Shown: piece after piece, positions 26,936 through 41,726 of the stretch
Layout: every line of letters starts with the position of its first letter
Numbering within the stretch: the stretch's first letter is position 1
DNA from: Chrysomallon squamiferum
Taxonomy: Eukaryota; Animalia; Mollusca
Assembly: GCA_012295275.1 (NCBI GenBank)
Contig: CM022676.1
Span: forward strand, 15,686,001 to 15,750,000
DNA: 64,000 nucleotides
Reading direction: 5' to 3'
The notes under the pieces: model-generated
Told to the model about the DNA's origin: nothing
The model's database searches: none
Seen by the model: the letters and a program-made list of their open reading frames with translations, nothing else
Position numbers and translations under genes: made by a program

Positions 26936-29600
26936 ACACACAGAGACACACAGACACAGACAGACAGACATACTTATATTAGGTACCCAAAAGTGATTTT
27001 CATTTTGCAAGAAATAAAAGGTTTGATTTCTAACTATAATTGTATATGTTTTTTTAATCCTGAATTCAGTGATTTCAGTTTGGGAAATATAAGGCTGACT
27101 CCTATCTAAAACTGTAGATCTGTTTATGCTCATTTCAGGGATTAAAGACATTTACAGTTGTCAGTTAAACGGTTCAGTTATATCTGTATTTATATTTAAT
27201 GTGTTGGTGCGGTTGACGGATGTTTGTTATGTTGAATGAATCTCGATTTTTAAGGGTTCTTTTCCAAGCGAAATTTTCTCTGACAAAGTTTATTTGAGAA
27301 TATGTTATGCTAAGTGTTCAAAGCATATTCACACGAACAATAACAAGTACTTTATAACCTGTTTCCTTTTTAAAACAATGCAGCTTGTTGAAATACATAA
27401 GTAGACTGACTTCCTTCTTCTAGTTAAGTTTTGCAAAAATTTCATTGGCTGCTCTAACAGGAAGAAGAAAAACTGTAGACTAAATAAAGAAGAATATTTC
27501 ACCAGTTAGTTTTGAAATAATTCATAATTTCTTTTTTTCTGACTGAATCGATTTTTATAGTTATTGTTATTTGTTTTGTATTTCTACTGATGTTTATTTC
27601 ATATTATTATTATTATTATAAAACAATTAGAATGTCTCTCGATAACAAAAGGCAGCTGGTTTTATTTATGTTTGTATGATGCTATTTATTATTAAATTGC
27701 TATTATTATTATTATTAATTTGTATTTTGCCTCAACCTTATTAATTATTAATTATTTGTTCAGCCACAATACTAAACATTTCATTACATCATAAATGTCA
27801 GACACACAACTTATTTTTAAATTATTATTTGTAGACTGATTACAATTATTATTGTTGTTTTTCAAATTTCAGATTTTTGATATCCATTGTGAGAATAATT
27901 CAAACATGCGGACAGACATTTTTTTTTTCTGTATTTTTCCTATCATCTTTGTATTCTCATTCTGCACTCGAGTCTCTGGTTCCAAGTTGAATCTAAACTA
28001 ATTTCATGTAGTTGTTTTAGTTTTCCTTTAATTCTTCTTTCATCAAATAGTTTTTTAAATGTATTTTTCAGCATCATTAATATTTGTAAATGTCATTGTA
28101 ATTTGTCTAAAAATAAATACTGTATAGTTATCCCATACAAACTAATGACGTGCAGTTACTGGAACAGTTGAAATGGTTTCCCTCTGCATTTTATTTGGTA
28201 ACTAACAACTAATCTAATTTTAAAATAGAGGTCACAATGCCACTCTCCCATAAAAACAATAATAATAAAAAAAAAAAATAAAAAAAATAATAATAATAAT
28301 AATAAAACTAATATTCATAAAAACACTATTATTATTTTATTTTATTTTAATAATAATAAAATAATAATAATAATAAAATAATAATAATAATAATAAAAAA
28401 GTTGGAGACAACTTTTGACATAAGCCATGGCCAGCGACGACATGCACAGTTGGAAAAAGTTATAGTGCCCTTCCTAACTGTTCTGAAAAGAACACTAAAG
28501 CGACTTTTGTAGTTAAGTCAGGTAATGCATAGAGACAGAAATTTAGGACGTTCTACTAAACATAGTGCATTTACATCACCACGTTTAACACTGTCGTAAA
28601 AAGGATTTAAAACCCAACAAAAAAAAAAAAAAACCACCATTTAAAAAAAAAAAAAAAAAATACATAACCTGCAAATTTTAATAGCTTTGTCCACTGATTT
28701 TAGTTAGGCTGCCATCACATAGTATTAACAGTGGATGTTGATGTAGCAGTAGTACTGGTATTATTGTTAGTATAGTAGTATATATTAGAAGTGTATCAGT
28801 AGCTATAGTGTAGAGAAGTAGTAATAGCCAAAATAAAAATCATAAACAGTAGTAATAGTAGTAGTAGTTTTAGTGGTACTAGTAATAGTAATAGTAATCA
28901 TAGAGGTAGTAATTATTATAGTATTGTCATGCTAGTAGTAACAGTACTACTGGTAGTAATAAAATAGTTGTAATAATACAAGTATCATTATTAATAAATA
29001 CAGACAATGTTATTAAATCATAACTACTATCACGACTAAGCTGAATGATTTATTAAAAAAAAAAAATAAATTATCTGCAAAATAAAAATTAATGATTTTT
29101 TGTTTCAGTTCTAGGAGTAAAGTTTGGATTATATCAAGTGATACCAGTACTAAAAGGTGAAATGATGTATATGATGATTATGACGTGTCGTGTACACAAG
29201 TCTCAGAATCTGAATTCTGATATAAAGTTTATACATAAAACACAAACTGATAACACTACAGTGTGTGACTGTGTACAGAGACAAGACAGGTGTAACTGTA
29301 ACAGTACACAAAGTTACATTTGTACATGTGCTGGAAGGACAAACACCGCCAACAACAGCGAGTACAAAGATTACACAGTTTACAAGGATCATTCAACTGA
29401 AGATGACACTGGGGTCTGGTTTTGTGGATCTGATCAACTTGAAGTGTGGAGTGAACCAGAAGTTTCAGTTATTTGTAAGAAAATATTTCTCATTAGTGCA
29501 AAAAACAAACACATACTCACACACATGAGAGAACAGGTGGACACAAAGCAGCAAATACAATACGCAGTTACATTTTGGAATAATGAATACACATACACAC

Positions 29601-29631
<31 letters not shown>

Positions 29632-30145
29632 TTGCATTGTTACATTATTATTATTATTAATTTTCATTGGCATATTATTTTTGTCGTTGTTATTATTCTT
29701 TATTATTATTATTATTATTATTATCATTATCATCATCATCATTATTATTATTTCTGATTATGTTGGTGTTGTTGTTGTTATTATTATTATTATTATTATT
29801 GTTTTCAGCTACAAATCCTGGTTTATCAGTATATTCCTGGACGGCTGTCATCAATGAAAATTTCACATTTGTTTGTTCTGTTATCAGAAATATTTATAAA
29901 GAAGATATCACATTTAAACGAGGTGATGAGAAAATTTGTACATGTAAATATAAAACACACACATGTGAAACACACAGAGAGTCGACAGATAACTACAGAT
30001 AGAAGTTTGTACAAACTTTGCTCACAGGTACACGTTATTTAACCACTTACAATTTGACTGTATCTTCATTTTCTGTCAACGACTCTAAGTCATGGACATG
30101 CAACACTGAAAAAAATAAGAGTGAATCCATTACACCAACACCTAA
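25450..30145 (+). repeat. Segmental duplication, paralogous to ~33000-37225 (upstream region + signal exon + two Ig exons)
   Basis: Long near-identical blocks starting CTCAAAATCCGAAATATTCCTCAC at 25451 and 33002, colinear through the exons. Confidence 0.9.
25661..26082 (-). mobile_element. Possible old solo LTR inside the duplicated segment (second copy ~33189-33607)
   Basis: Higher-complexity block with short imperfect inverted ends (TATTATAAC...GTTAAATA) and a minus-strand AATAAA just before its end. Confidence 0.3.
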
Positions 30146-30176
30146 GTACTTATTATTATTATTATTATTATAGTTG

Positions 30177-30212
<36 letters not shown>

Positions 30213-30753
30213 GCTGTACTACTACTAGTAGTAGTAGTAGTAGTAGTAGAAGAAGTGGTTATAATCATAGTAGTACTAGTGGAAGTAGTGAAAGTAATAG
30301 TAGTAGCAGTGCTAGTAATAGCAGTAATAGTAGTAGTAGCAGCATCAGTGGTTGTTGTAATAGAAATAACACTAGTGGTGATGACAGCTTTAGTAGTATC
30401 AGTAGAAGTGATAATGTAACACACGGTTAGTTTTAATATAAGTAATAATAGTTATATATTCAGTGCTACTAGTAGTCAGTACCAGGCATACTAGTAGTAG
30501 TAGAGTAAACGATGCCATGTAAGGAGTAGTAGTGGTTGTAACAGTAAAATATATGTTAGCAGTAGTAGGAGTTGTCGAAGTAGCAGTGTTATACTAATGA
30601 TAATAGTTATAGTAGTAGGAGTAGTTTTAGGTTAAGAGATAATAATAGTAGTGTACCTGTTTGAAAATGCTTATCAACAATAATGTGTATAATACACAAT
30701 GACATTTTCACATATTATTATTTTTATTGTTATTATTATTATTGTTATTATTA

Positions 30754-30843
<90 letters not shown>

Positions 30844-31344
30844 TAAATGTTGTGGTTCTTGATACCGTTCTTCTTGTTGTTTTTTTCTTTTTCAAGTTTT
30901 TATTTAAATTTTTTGTTTTGATAATAAAACTGATCACAGGTGATACTGATAATAATAATAAAAAAATAAGAACAATTACCTGGGTTGTGTTGTAACTGTG
31001 ATTAACCAAAACAATTTCGCTGTTTCTTAATTAAATTATTTTATTATTTACACCAGAAACAAATACTGTGACGTCTGACATGTCAAATCGCGTCACTGTG
31101 ACGTCTGAACCGTCAAGTGAAGCCACTGTGACGTCAGACCCGTCAAATGGAGCCACTGTGACGTATGACACGTCAAGTGAAGCCACTGTGACGTCTGACA
31201 CGTCAAGTGAAGCCACTGTGATGTCTGGTGAAAACTACAGTGATACGACTACTGTTTCCTCAGTCGAATTCACCAAGTCATCTAAACTTAGAAACAATTT
31301 TATAACATCTAGAAAGAAAACAGTGACAGTTGGAGACAATCATA
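27906..31344 (+). pseudogene. Ig-superfamily gene copy A: signal 27906-27978, Ig-D1 29109-29474, Ig-D2 29809-30141, S/T-rich stalk 31057-31344
   Basis: Phase-1 exons; D1 has TC...DDTGVWFC. D2 has TAG at 30000-30002 where paralogs have TGT, and its donor is GT>CT at 30142. The signal-exon donor is degraded (GTTCCA). No TM exon found. Confidence 0.8.
31065..31228 (+). repeat. 30-bp coding tandem repeat (TVTSDTSSEA), mucin-like stalk
   Basis: About 5.5 copies of ACTGTGACGTCTGACACGTCAAGTGAAGCC. Confidence 0.9.
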
Positions 31345-31425
31345 GTAAATATATTTAAAACTGAAGCATGAGGTTATGTCATAAAATATTAACATTTCGC
31401 CCGCATGCACACACACACACACGCC

Positions 31426-31459
<34 letters not shown>

Positions 31460-32303
31460 TATACATACATGCACACATATGTATATATATACATACACAA
31501 ACTGACACACACACACAGACACACACACATATATATATATACAGACACACCCACAAACACATGCACACACATACACATTTACATATTATCAATATGCTAC
31601 ACATTATTTGTTTATTTATTTATTATTATATACATTCTCTATTTTAGAACAATCGTATTATCTTAAATCTGAGTGTAACTTTAAACACAAGCATATTGAA
31701 AATATGTAATGTAAATATAATCTAAAACATGTCATTATAAATAAACACAGAAACCTTAGCAAAAAATATGTTTTGAGATATATCCAGTTTAACTCTAAAT
31801 ATAAATTTTGCTTCCACCCAATTAGTAACATGAACAAGTTAATGTAATTTCAGCATATTTTTATTTGTTTCTCTCAAAATGTGCATATAAAATATCTTAA
31901 CTGTGTTAACCGTCTTCCTTTCCGTGTACATTGCAACCGCGTTTGTTGATGATTTTACGTGACGTAATTCATGGCGCTTAAAAATAGAAATCACCAACAA
32001 AAGATACACAATACATTTATAATTATATTGGAAATATTGACACTAATTCACAAACAACTGTTATAAATAGTTGTTGCTAGCGATGTACTGTTCCTAATAT
32101 AAATCTGGTACATTCTTTAAACGTCGATAAAAGTAACGTCTTTAACTTTGTAAATGATTATTATTGTAATGTATTTATTTATTTATTTTCAGTTGCTTTC
32201 AGTTTTTCAATTATCGTTAATTATTTCAGTCAGTCAGTCTGTAGTTAAAAAATAAAAAAAAATGCATGTGTAGTTATAATTTTGCTTAGACCCAAAAGTC
32301 AGT

Positions 32304-32420
<117 letters not shown>

Positions 32421-35220
32421 AAATGATTTTATTTTTAATAATTTTAATATTAAATGACGTCAAATCTAATGACAGTTACTCTTAAAGAAATTGGATTTGT
32501 CAGACATCTAAGCTCTACTCACTGAATACAGTCAGTATTACAATTCAGTTGCCTTCAGCTCACACACACACACACAAACACATAAACACATACACATACA
32601 CACACACACACAAATACACACACACACTCATTTAAATACATATCACTACAGATGATAATTCCGATTTGCATTGAAAATCGCCTTGCGTCAGAGATTTTTT
32701 CCAACGGACCGACGTAAGGCTAGTTTTGAAGACACACCTGTATGTGTGTGTGTGTGTGTGTGTGTTTTGTTTATTTATTTATATTTTGAGGATCTGTCAT
32801 CATAACTTTTGAAATTGAGGAACTTAGGCTAGTAAACGAAATGTCCATACTCAAAGGTTTCAGATACTTTAGTATAAACAGACGTTATTTCATGAAGGAA
32901 ATTATCAAAATTATCATATAAAAAAATCTGGACAAGTTTATGAAATTTAAATTGAATCTGTTTTTTGATTGAAATCTTTTTCTCTGGTTATATCCTCATA
33001 GCTCAAAATCCGAAATATTCCTCACGTCCGTTCCCAAGCATTTCGAGTAAAAATATCCTCAACCTGAATTTCTGAGAATGACAGAAGAACGCAGAATAGA
33101 AAATGTATTTGTGAAAAAAGTTACTAACACAAGAAAACAAAAAATAATGATTTGAAAATGATTTATTTTATAACTTTACAATACAATATATTATAACCGT
33201 GTTTATTTTTGTCTTTGGCTATTTTGCTGTACAACTACTTTGGGGAATGGAGTCTGGGAGCAATGGTGTCTAGTCTAAAAAAAAAAAAAAAAGGAGAGAT
33301 GAGCCGAGTTTCGAAGTGTTTAATCCTGGTCAGTCAAGTGCGTTGTAACTGGACACTGGTCTGTGTTTTATTTTATAGCACTCGGCTCATATCGTTACGT
33401 ATTAATGTATTTAGGTATTTAATTTGTTGTCAGGATTATTGCCGTAATCAATCAACTCGGAACAAGACATTTTTTGTTTACATCGGTCCTAGTGTTAATT
33501 GCAGTCGAACTGTCACAATTTTAAATAATTGTATGTCTGTTCTTAGATTGGTTGGATTGTAACTTGACGACTTTACCGATTATAACTTACGTTGCCAGAG
33601 TTAAATATTATTTTATTTTAGTCCGCTTAAGGCATGTCCAAGCGAGGCGTTTTTCCCAACTAGGATAATATGCAGAAATAGGAATGGTTAACAAAAGAAC
33701 AATAAATCTGGTACATTTCCTCATACACAGCGGGTTTTGATAAATCTACTCTCATTACACTCATCTTTTACAATAATACACACACCTGATACCAGTCTGT
33801 TACATACAAATATATATATAACATACCTATTAATTATGATCATGAACACTTCTATTTTTTAAATTGTGATTTCTTTTTGTAGTAAATGATTGGATTTTAA
33901 TCCTTGTTAACAGAGCAGAAACGTATCCTTGGATCCTTTCTAAGTGTATTTTAAATCACATATATTGACACATACACACACACACATATACACATACCCA
34001 CACACACATATACACACATACATACGCACATTCAGACACATGCACACATATGCAAACAGAGAGAAGTAGACAGACACAACACTTCTGAGACACACACAAA
34101 CACACACATACACACAGATACACTTATATTAGCTACTCAAAAGTGATGTTCATCTAGGAAGAAATACACATATACAGACAGACACACGCACGCACACTCT
34201 CAGTCTCTCATACACACATACTTCCACCTCCTCCTACACGCGCGCGCGCACACACATGCAAATATATATTCATACACACATTCATACACACATATATTCA
34301 TATACATTATAAACTTCCCTATACACAAATAAGAAGGAATCTTCACAGAATCTCTCTTGTTTAATTAGTTTTAATAGGGAACTTTACACACACACAAACA
34401 CACACACACACACAGAGAGAGACACACACACACACATACATACATACATACTTATATTAGGTTCCCAAAAGTGATTTTAAGTTTGCAAGAAATAAAAGGT
34501 TTGATTTCTAAATATAATTGTAGATGTTTTTTATCCTGAATTCAGTGATATCAGTTTGGGAAATATAAGGCTGTAGATATGTTTATGCTCATTTCAGGGA
34601 TTTAAGAAATTCACAGTTGTCAGTTTAATAGTTCAAAGTTATATCTGTATTTATATTTAATGTGTTGCTGCGGTTGACGGATGTTTGTTATTTTGAATGA
34701 ATCTCGATTTTTAAGGGTCCTTGTCCAAGCGAAATTTTCTCTGACAAAGTTTATTTGAGAATATGTTATGCTAAGAGTTCAAAGCATATTCACAGGAACA
34801 ATAACAAGTACTTTATAACCTGTTTCCTTTACAAAACAATGCAGCTTGTTGAAATACATTAGTACACTGACTTCCTTCTGCTAGTAAAGTTTTGCAAAAA
34901 TTTCATTGGCTGGTCTAACAGGAAGAAGAAAAAACTGTAGACTAAATAAAGAAGAATATTTCACCAGTTAGTTTTTAAATAATTCATAATTTCTTTTTCT
35001 GACTGAATCGCTTTTATAGTTACTGTTATTTGTATTTCTACTGATGTTGATATTATTTTTATTATTATTATTATGTTGTTGTTCTTATAGTTATTATTAT
35101 TAATATTACTACCATTATTATTATAATTATTATTATTCTTACATATTATTATTTTACTATGATTATTAGTACTATTATTATTATTATTATCATCAGTATT
35201 ATTATTATTATTATTATTAT

Positions 35221-35255
<35 letters not shown>

Positions 35256-35318
35256 TTACTATTAGTATTACAATTATTATTGTTATTATTTCAGATTTCC
35301 CACTGGAATAATTCAAAC

Positions 35319-35385
35319 ATGCGGACAGACATTTTTATGTTCTGTATTTTTCCTATAAGTTTTCTCATTCTGCACTCGAGTACTG
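35319..35385 (+). CDS. Ig receptor copy B: signal-peptide exon
   Basis: MRTDIFMFCIFPISFLILHSST, donor G|GTAAGT. Confidence 0.75.
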
Positions 35386-36262
35386 GTAAGTTGAATCTAA
35401 ACTAATTTCATGTAGTTGTTCTTCTTTTCTTCATCTTCTTCTTCTTCTTAAGCAAACAGTTTTTAGCAAATGCTGTTGTTGTGTTAGTGTCAGTAGTGGA
35501 GGTCATTGTAATAGTAATAGAATAACGGAGTGTAGAAGTAACAGTAGCAATAGTAAAAGAAACAGCATTAATAGTTGTAAAGTTATACTAGTACTGGTAA
35601 TTATACTACTAGTAATAATAGTAGATAAAGCAAAAGCAGAATCAGTACTATTAGCTGTTCTGACAATAGTAGCTATAGTAGTAGCAGTAGTAGGTATAGT
35701 AGTAGTAGTAGTAGCTATAGTAGTAGTAGTAGAACAAGTAGCAAAAGAAGAAGAAAAAGACGTGTAAGTGGTAGTAGTAATTACAAAAGTAAGCATAGAG
35801 TAAATCACTAAACATATTTTTTAATGAAATATCAGTGGAGGTAGTAGTAACAGAAGTACCAGTATTATAGTTGGTACGAATAGTATGTATTAGTAGGAAT
35901 ATCACTAGTACTACTAGTAGATAAGTAGTAAAAGTAGGAATAATAGCATAATCAGCAGTAATAGTAATATTACTTTTAGTGATAGTAGTAATAGTAGTAG
36001 TAGCCTCAGTGGTAATGTTAATAATTATTATTATTAGTAGAAATACTAGAAATCGTAAAAGTAATAGTATTAGTGATAGTAGTAACAGTAATTATAGTAG
36101 TTGAAGTAGTTGTAATAATAGTAGTATCGTTATCAATGTAGCTACTAATTTGGAATAGTAAAATACTATAATGACTAAATTCAGTTTTATTAGAACACAG
36201 TTAGCTGATTTATTAAATAATTAACTGCAAATAAAAATTAATATTTCCCGTTTCGCCTGTAG

Positions 36263-36610
36263 GTGTAAAGTTTGGATTGTTTCAAGTGATACCTGTACTA
36301 AAAGGTGATACGATGTATATGACGTGTCGCGTACACAAGTCTCAGAATCTGAATTCTGATATAACGTTTGTACATAAAACACAAACTGATAACACTACAG
36401 TGTGTGACTGTGTACAGCGAGAAGACACGTGTAACTGTAACAGTACACAGAGTAACATTTGTACATGTGCTGGAAGGACAAACAACGCCAACAGCGAGTA
36501 CAAAGATTATTCAGTTACTAAATACCACACAACTGAAGATGACACTGGAGTCTGGTTTTGTGGATCTGATGAACTTGATGTGTGGAGTGAACCAGAAGTT
36601 TCAGTTATTT
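36263..36610 (+). CDS. Ig receptor copy B: Cys-rich Ig domain D1
   Basis: Open phase 1-1 exon: MTCRV...CDCVQREDTCNCNSTQSNICTCAG...DDTGVWFC. Confidence 0.85.
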
Positions 36611-36831
36611 GTAAGTTATTTATATACACAGAAAACCGCATCCACATTTTGGAAGAATGAATGTATAAAGTGAATATTAGTGCCTTACAGTTATAACACA
36701 GCATATATACATACGTATATACACACACACATATGTATAAACACACACATGCACATATACATACATGCACACACTTAACAATTATGTTGTTGTTGTTCTT
36801 CTTTTCTTGTTGTTGTTGTTATTATTATTAA

Positions 36832-36884
<53 letters not shown>

Positions 36885-36889
36885 TTCAG

Positions 36890-37222
36890 CTACAAATACT
36901 GGTTTATCAGTGTATTCCTGGACGACTGTCATCAATCAAAATTTCACATTTGTTTGTTCTGCTATCAGAAATATTTATAAAGATGATATCACATTTAAAC
37001 GAGGTGATGAGAAAATTTGTACATGCAGAAACGAAACACAAATATGTGAAACACACAGAGAGTCGACAGATAACTACAGATGTAAGTTTGTAGAAACAAG
37101 AAACAGAGGCAGAAGTTATTTTTCCAGTTACAGTTTAACTATATCTTCATTTTCTGTCAACGACTTGGAGTCATGGACATGCAACACTGAACAAAGTAAG
37201 AGCAACTCCATTACATCAATCC
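36890..37222 (+). CDS. Ig receptor copy B: Ig-like domain D2
   Basis: Open 333-nt phase 1-1 exon: NFTFVCS...ITFKR...ICTC...YSLTISSFSVNDLESWTC. Confidence 0.85.
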
Positions 37223-38648
37223 GTAAGTATTACTGTTATTCTTCTTCTTCTTCTTCTTATTATTATTATGATTATTATTATTATTATTACTATTATTATT
37301 ATTATTTGTATTGTTTTTATTAGAGGCAGTATTAGTATTATTGTCGTTGTTTGTGTTCTTGTTGCTGTATGAAAGACAGGTAACAGATTAAGCAATTTAA
37401 AGATATTTTGCCATTTCTTACCTGTTGATAGCAAATAGGTTTTCTTCATCAACATCCTTGTAGGAGACATTATGCGGCGTGATCTATGACGGTTTATCTT
37501 GTCCTACGTAAGAGAACAACGGCAAACAAGCTGGAGTCTTATAGCTCATCATCTCAAAGAGGGAGACTAGCTTGAAACAATATACAATTAAATATATATA
37601 TATATTTAATTCCTGTCATAAATTTCATCTCAGATGAACATGCTGCAATAAACAAAGTGGTGATTTACATTTTCAACACAATGACCTTTGTGCTTAGACT
37701 TGTCAAACGGATATTGTGTATTGACTCAATCCCCTTGGTGTCAGTGCAGTTTCAGAGCACCAGACTAGTGCTGAATCTTATTGAAGATTTAACCCGGCAT
37801 AATTAACACCGAAATGTATGACTCCATTCTACCTATTGGTAGTTTTCGCACTAATTTTAGGAAGGACACTTGAATTCAAATCTGCCTCAACTGAACTGGT
37901 TTGTTCCTCTTCAGGGTTAATAAATACACATGACAAAGTTTGTCTGGGAGATTTACCAATTGTAGTGGTACTAGTGTTGTTGCTAGTACTTGTAGCAGTA
38001 GAGGTAGTGGTGGTAGAACAGGTAGTAGTAATAGTAGCCGTTGTCGTGGTAGTAGTTATAGTTTCAGCAGTAGAAGCTAGCAGTAAAATAACTTATATAC
38101 AATGCATAAAGTTAACAAGAGTACTGGGGCCAACTTGTTAAATGAGCTTAATTTTTTGCATAGGTGTAAGTTTATCTGTATGTTCACAATAACATTAATA
38201 TTATTAAAAACTTAGTAAATTTTTAAAAAGTAATAATTTGCACTGATATAGTAGTAATTGAAGAAGTAGTAACAATAATAGTAATAGTTGTAGTGGTACT
38301 AGTAGTAGTACCATTAGAGGTAGTGGTGATAGTGAAGGTAGTAGTAGTAGTAGTTGTCGTAGCAGTAGTAGTTATAGTTTCAGCAGTAGAAGCCAGCAGA
38401 TAAATAACAGATATGTTAACAAGAGTGTTGAGTATTACAGTACTTGTATTAGTGGTAGTAGTAATTTATTATCAGTTGTAAAAGTAGTTGTAAAAATACC
38501 AGGATCATTATCAATCAAATTAAACTATACATTACTCATAACAAAAACTATAGTGACTAAATCAAATATGATGATTTCTATTAGAACAAAGTTAGCTGAT
38601 TTAATTAATCAATTAACTGCAAACAAAACGTAATGTCTCTTGTTGCAG

Positions 38649-38999
38649 TTCTAGGAGTAAAGTTTGAATTGCTGAACGTGAAACCTGTACTAAAAGGTGA
38701 AATGATGTTTATATGTCGTATGTTCGAATCACAAAATCTGACTTCTGATATAAAGTTTGTACATAAAACACAAACTGATAACACTACAGAGTGTGACTGT
38801 GTACAGAGAGGAGACACGTGTAACTGTAACAGTACACAATGTTACATTTGTAGATGTGCAGCACAGACAAACAATTCTAACAGCGAGTACAACGACTACA
38901 CAGTTTACAAGTATCAAACACCTGAAAATGACACTGGAGTCTGGTTTTGTGGATCTGATCAACTTGAAGTGTGGAGTGAACCAGAAGTTGGTGTAATAT
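38649..38999 (+). CDS. Ig receptor copy B: duplicated domain D1'
   Basis: Open 351-nt phase 1-1 exon homologous to D1. Confidence 0.85.
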
Positions 39000-39231
39000 G
39001 TGAGATAGTATTTATCATTACTGTAACACATACACACATACACAAAATACGTTTTGTGGAATGAATTCATAAACTGAATAATAGTACCTTACACTTATAA
39101 AAGACCATATATACGTAGTACGAACACTTAGTAATTTTGTTGTTCCTGTTGTTGTTGTTGTTGTTCTTCTTCTTCATCTTCATCTTCATCTTCTTCTTCT
39201 TCTTCTTCTTCTTCTTCTTCTTCTTCTTCTT

Positions 39232-39304
<73 letters not shown>

Positions 39305-39309
39305 TTCAG

Positions 39310-39642
39310 CTACAAATCCTGGTTTACCAGTGTATTCCTGGACGGCTGTCATCAATCAAAGTTTGACATTTGTTTGTTCTGTTATTGGAAATATTTATTA
39401 GAAACATATCACATTTATACGAGGTAATGAGAAGATTTGTAGATGTAGATATAAAACAAGAACATGTGAAACAAACACAAAGTTGAGAGATAACTACAGA
39501 TGTAAGTTTGTACAAAGAAGAAAGAAAACTGTATTGGGAGGTACAACTTACAGTTTAACTGTATCTTCATTTTCTGTCAACGACTTGACGTCATGGACGT
39601 GCAGGTCTAACAAATATGAGAGTAACATCGTAACACCAATCC
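39310..39642 (+). pseudogene. Ig receptor copy B: duplicated domain D2' with an in-frame TAG
   Basis: 333-nt exon with intact splice sites; TAG at 39399-39401 (NIY*KHITF). Confidence 0.8.
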
Positions 39643-39668
39643 GTAAGTATTATTATTATTATTATTAT

Positions 39669-39700
<32 letters not shown>

Positions 39701-40868
39701 TATTGTCATTGTTGCTGTTATGGGAAACAGGTAACAGATGAACCATTTTAAATATATTTGGCCATTTCCTAGCTGTTGATAGAAAACAGGTTTTCTTCAT
39801 CACCATCCTACAGCTCATCATCTCAAACAGGGAAACTAGCTACAAACAATATACAATTATTAGCATTATTCTTTTTTAAATTATTCTTTTTTAAATTCCT
39901 CTTATAAATTCCACTTGAGGTGCTCATGCTGTAATGAAAATCGGGTGAATTACATTTTCAACACAATGAGCTTTGTGCTTAGACTTGTCAAACGCACACT
40001 GTGGTATTAACTCACTCGTCTTTGTTTCAGTGCAGTTTCAGAGTCCCTAATTAATGCTCAATCTTATTCAAGTTTTAACACATCATAATTGACACTGAAT
40101 TGTGCGATTCTCTTCTGCTTTTTAGTACTTTGCGCAGCACAGAAACATCAACTAAAACCGAACCAATCTCAACTGATCTGATTTCATATTCGAGAGTATC
40201 AGTAAATACACATGACATAGAGTGCCTGAGAGATTCTTTGAGAAAGTTTGCTACAAAGTTCCCTTTTTCCATTTTTTGTTGTTGTGTGATTACATTGACG
40301 GAGTTAACAGAACTCAGATTTGGTGATACAATCACATGAACCGACTTCGTGTTTTTCTTCTGCAATTCTGCTCTGATCCTGTCTCTTTTCTTCTCTTTTC
40401 AACTGCTATGCGGTTTCTCACAGTGGCAGTGAGATTAAGGCTTTTTTGCCTTTTCCTTCAATTGTTCGGGTGTAGCCATCTATGCTCTGAAAATATAGTT
40501 TTGAGAAAAGTAATACCAGTATTCAAATATCTCTCAGAAAACATTCATTTATATTTTTGGAAAACAGTTTTGTTATGTTATCTTCTTCTGCTTCTTATTT
40601 TTTTCTTCTTAGTAGTAATAGTAGTAGTAGCAGTTGTGGTTGTAGTTTTAATAATAGTAGTAGTTGTAGTAATAATAATAATGGATGGCTGTTTTCATAA
40701 ATGAGAGTGAACTAGTATAATGAAATCAGTAGTATTGTAGCTGTCGTACTAGATATTAGATTTTGCTGTCATCGTGTTATTTCTATGTCTATGTGTATGT
40801 ATATGCATGTGCATGTATGTCTATCTCTGTGTATGTGTATTATATGTATCTATGTACGTATTTTTCAG

Positions 40869-40982
40869 GGTTTCAAACACCGGCTAGAAAGATTAACCTA
40901 ACAGCAATAACAACAACAAAAGCAACACTAACGTCTACTCTGTTAAATACATCCGAAACAACAAGTAATCGACCTACCCAAT
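40869..40982 (+). CDS. Ig receptor copy B: Thr-rich stalk exon
   Basis: TTTTTCAG acceptor, FQTPARKINLTAITTTKATLTSTLLNTSETTSNRPTQ, phase 1-1. Confidence 0.55.
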
Positions 40983-41726
40983 GTATTTAAGTATCTGTCA
41001 GTCTTTCTATCGATTATCCATCATGTTATCTTTCTTTGTCTCTTTCTCTCTACATATATGTACATACACACCAGTTTACACACATTTTATTGATACAAAA
41101 AACCTAAAGTAATAGTAAAAAGAGCAAGTAATAAGTTCACTAATACATACACATGCACATATATACACAAGCACGCTGACAAACATACACATATTATATA
41201 CATACTTCACTGGGTGCCAGCATGACTCTGAAGTTTTAGTTTCAAATTGATCTACTAGACAAAAATCTTGTAAATAATTTTGTAGTCATAATTTGCATTT
41301 GTCCATTAATTTTACCTTTGAATCACTTTTTGGTTGTACTTGTTATTCGTCTTTTTTTTAGCTCTTGTTGTTGTTCATAATCTTGTTCTTTTTGTCTGTC
41401 TTGTTTTAAAATGTACACTTTTTCTTTCTTTTTTTTGATGTGATCTGTTTTTTCAGCGTCAACTGACTTGACTCTCTTTTTTGCCTACAAGGTCCACCGA
41501 GCATTCATTCCAGTGTGAACGTACAAAGATTCAGCTCTTCCTCCATCTCATTGTGTTGGACAGAGATACATTCACAGATATACACATATACAGAGAAACA
41601 CATACATACACACAAACAGGGACATGCTCAGACACGCAGACATATACACACACGCACAAGCTTTTTCTTGTTGAAATGGTCATGTTTAACATCGTTTATT
41701 AGCTTGACTGTGTTTTTTCCTACAAG

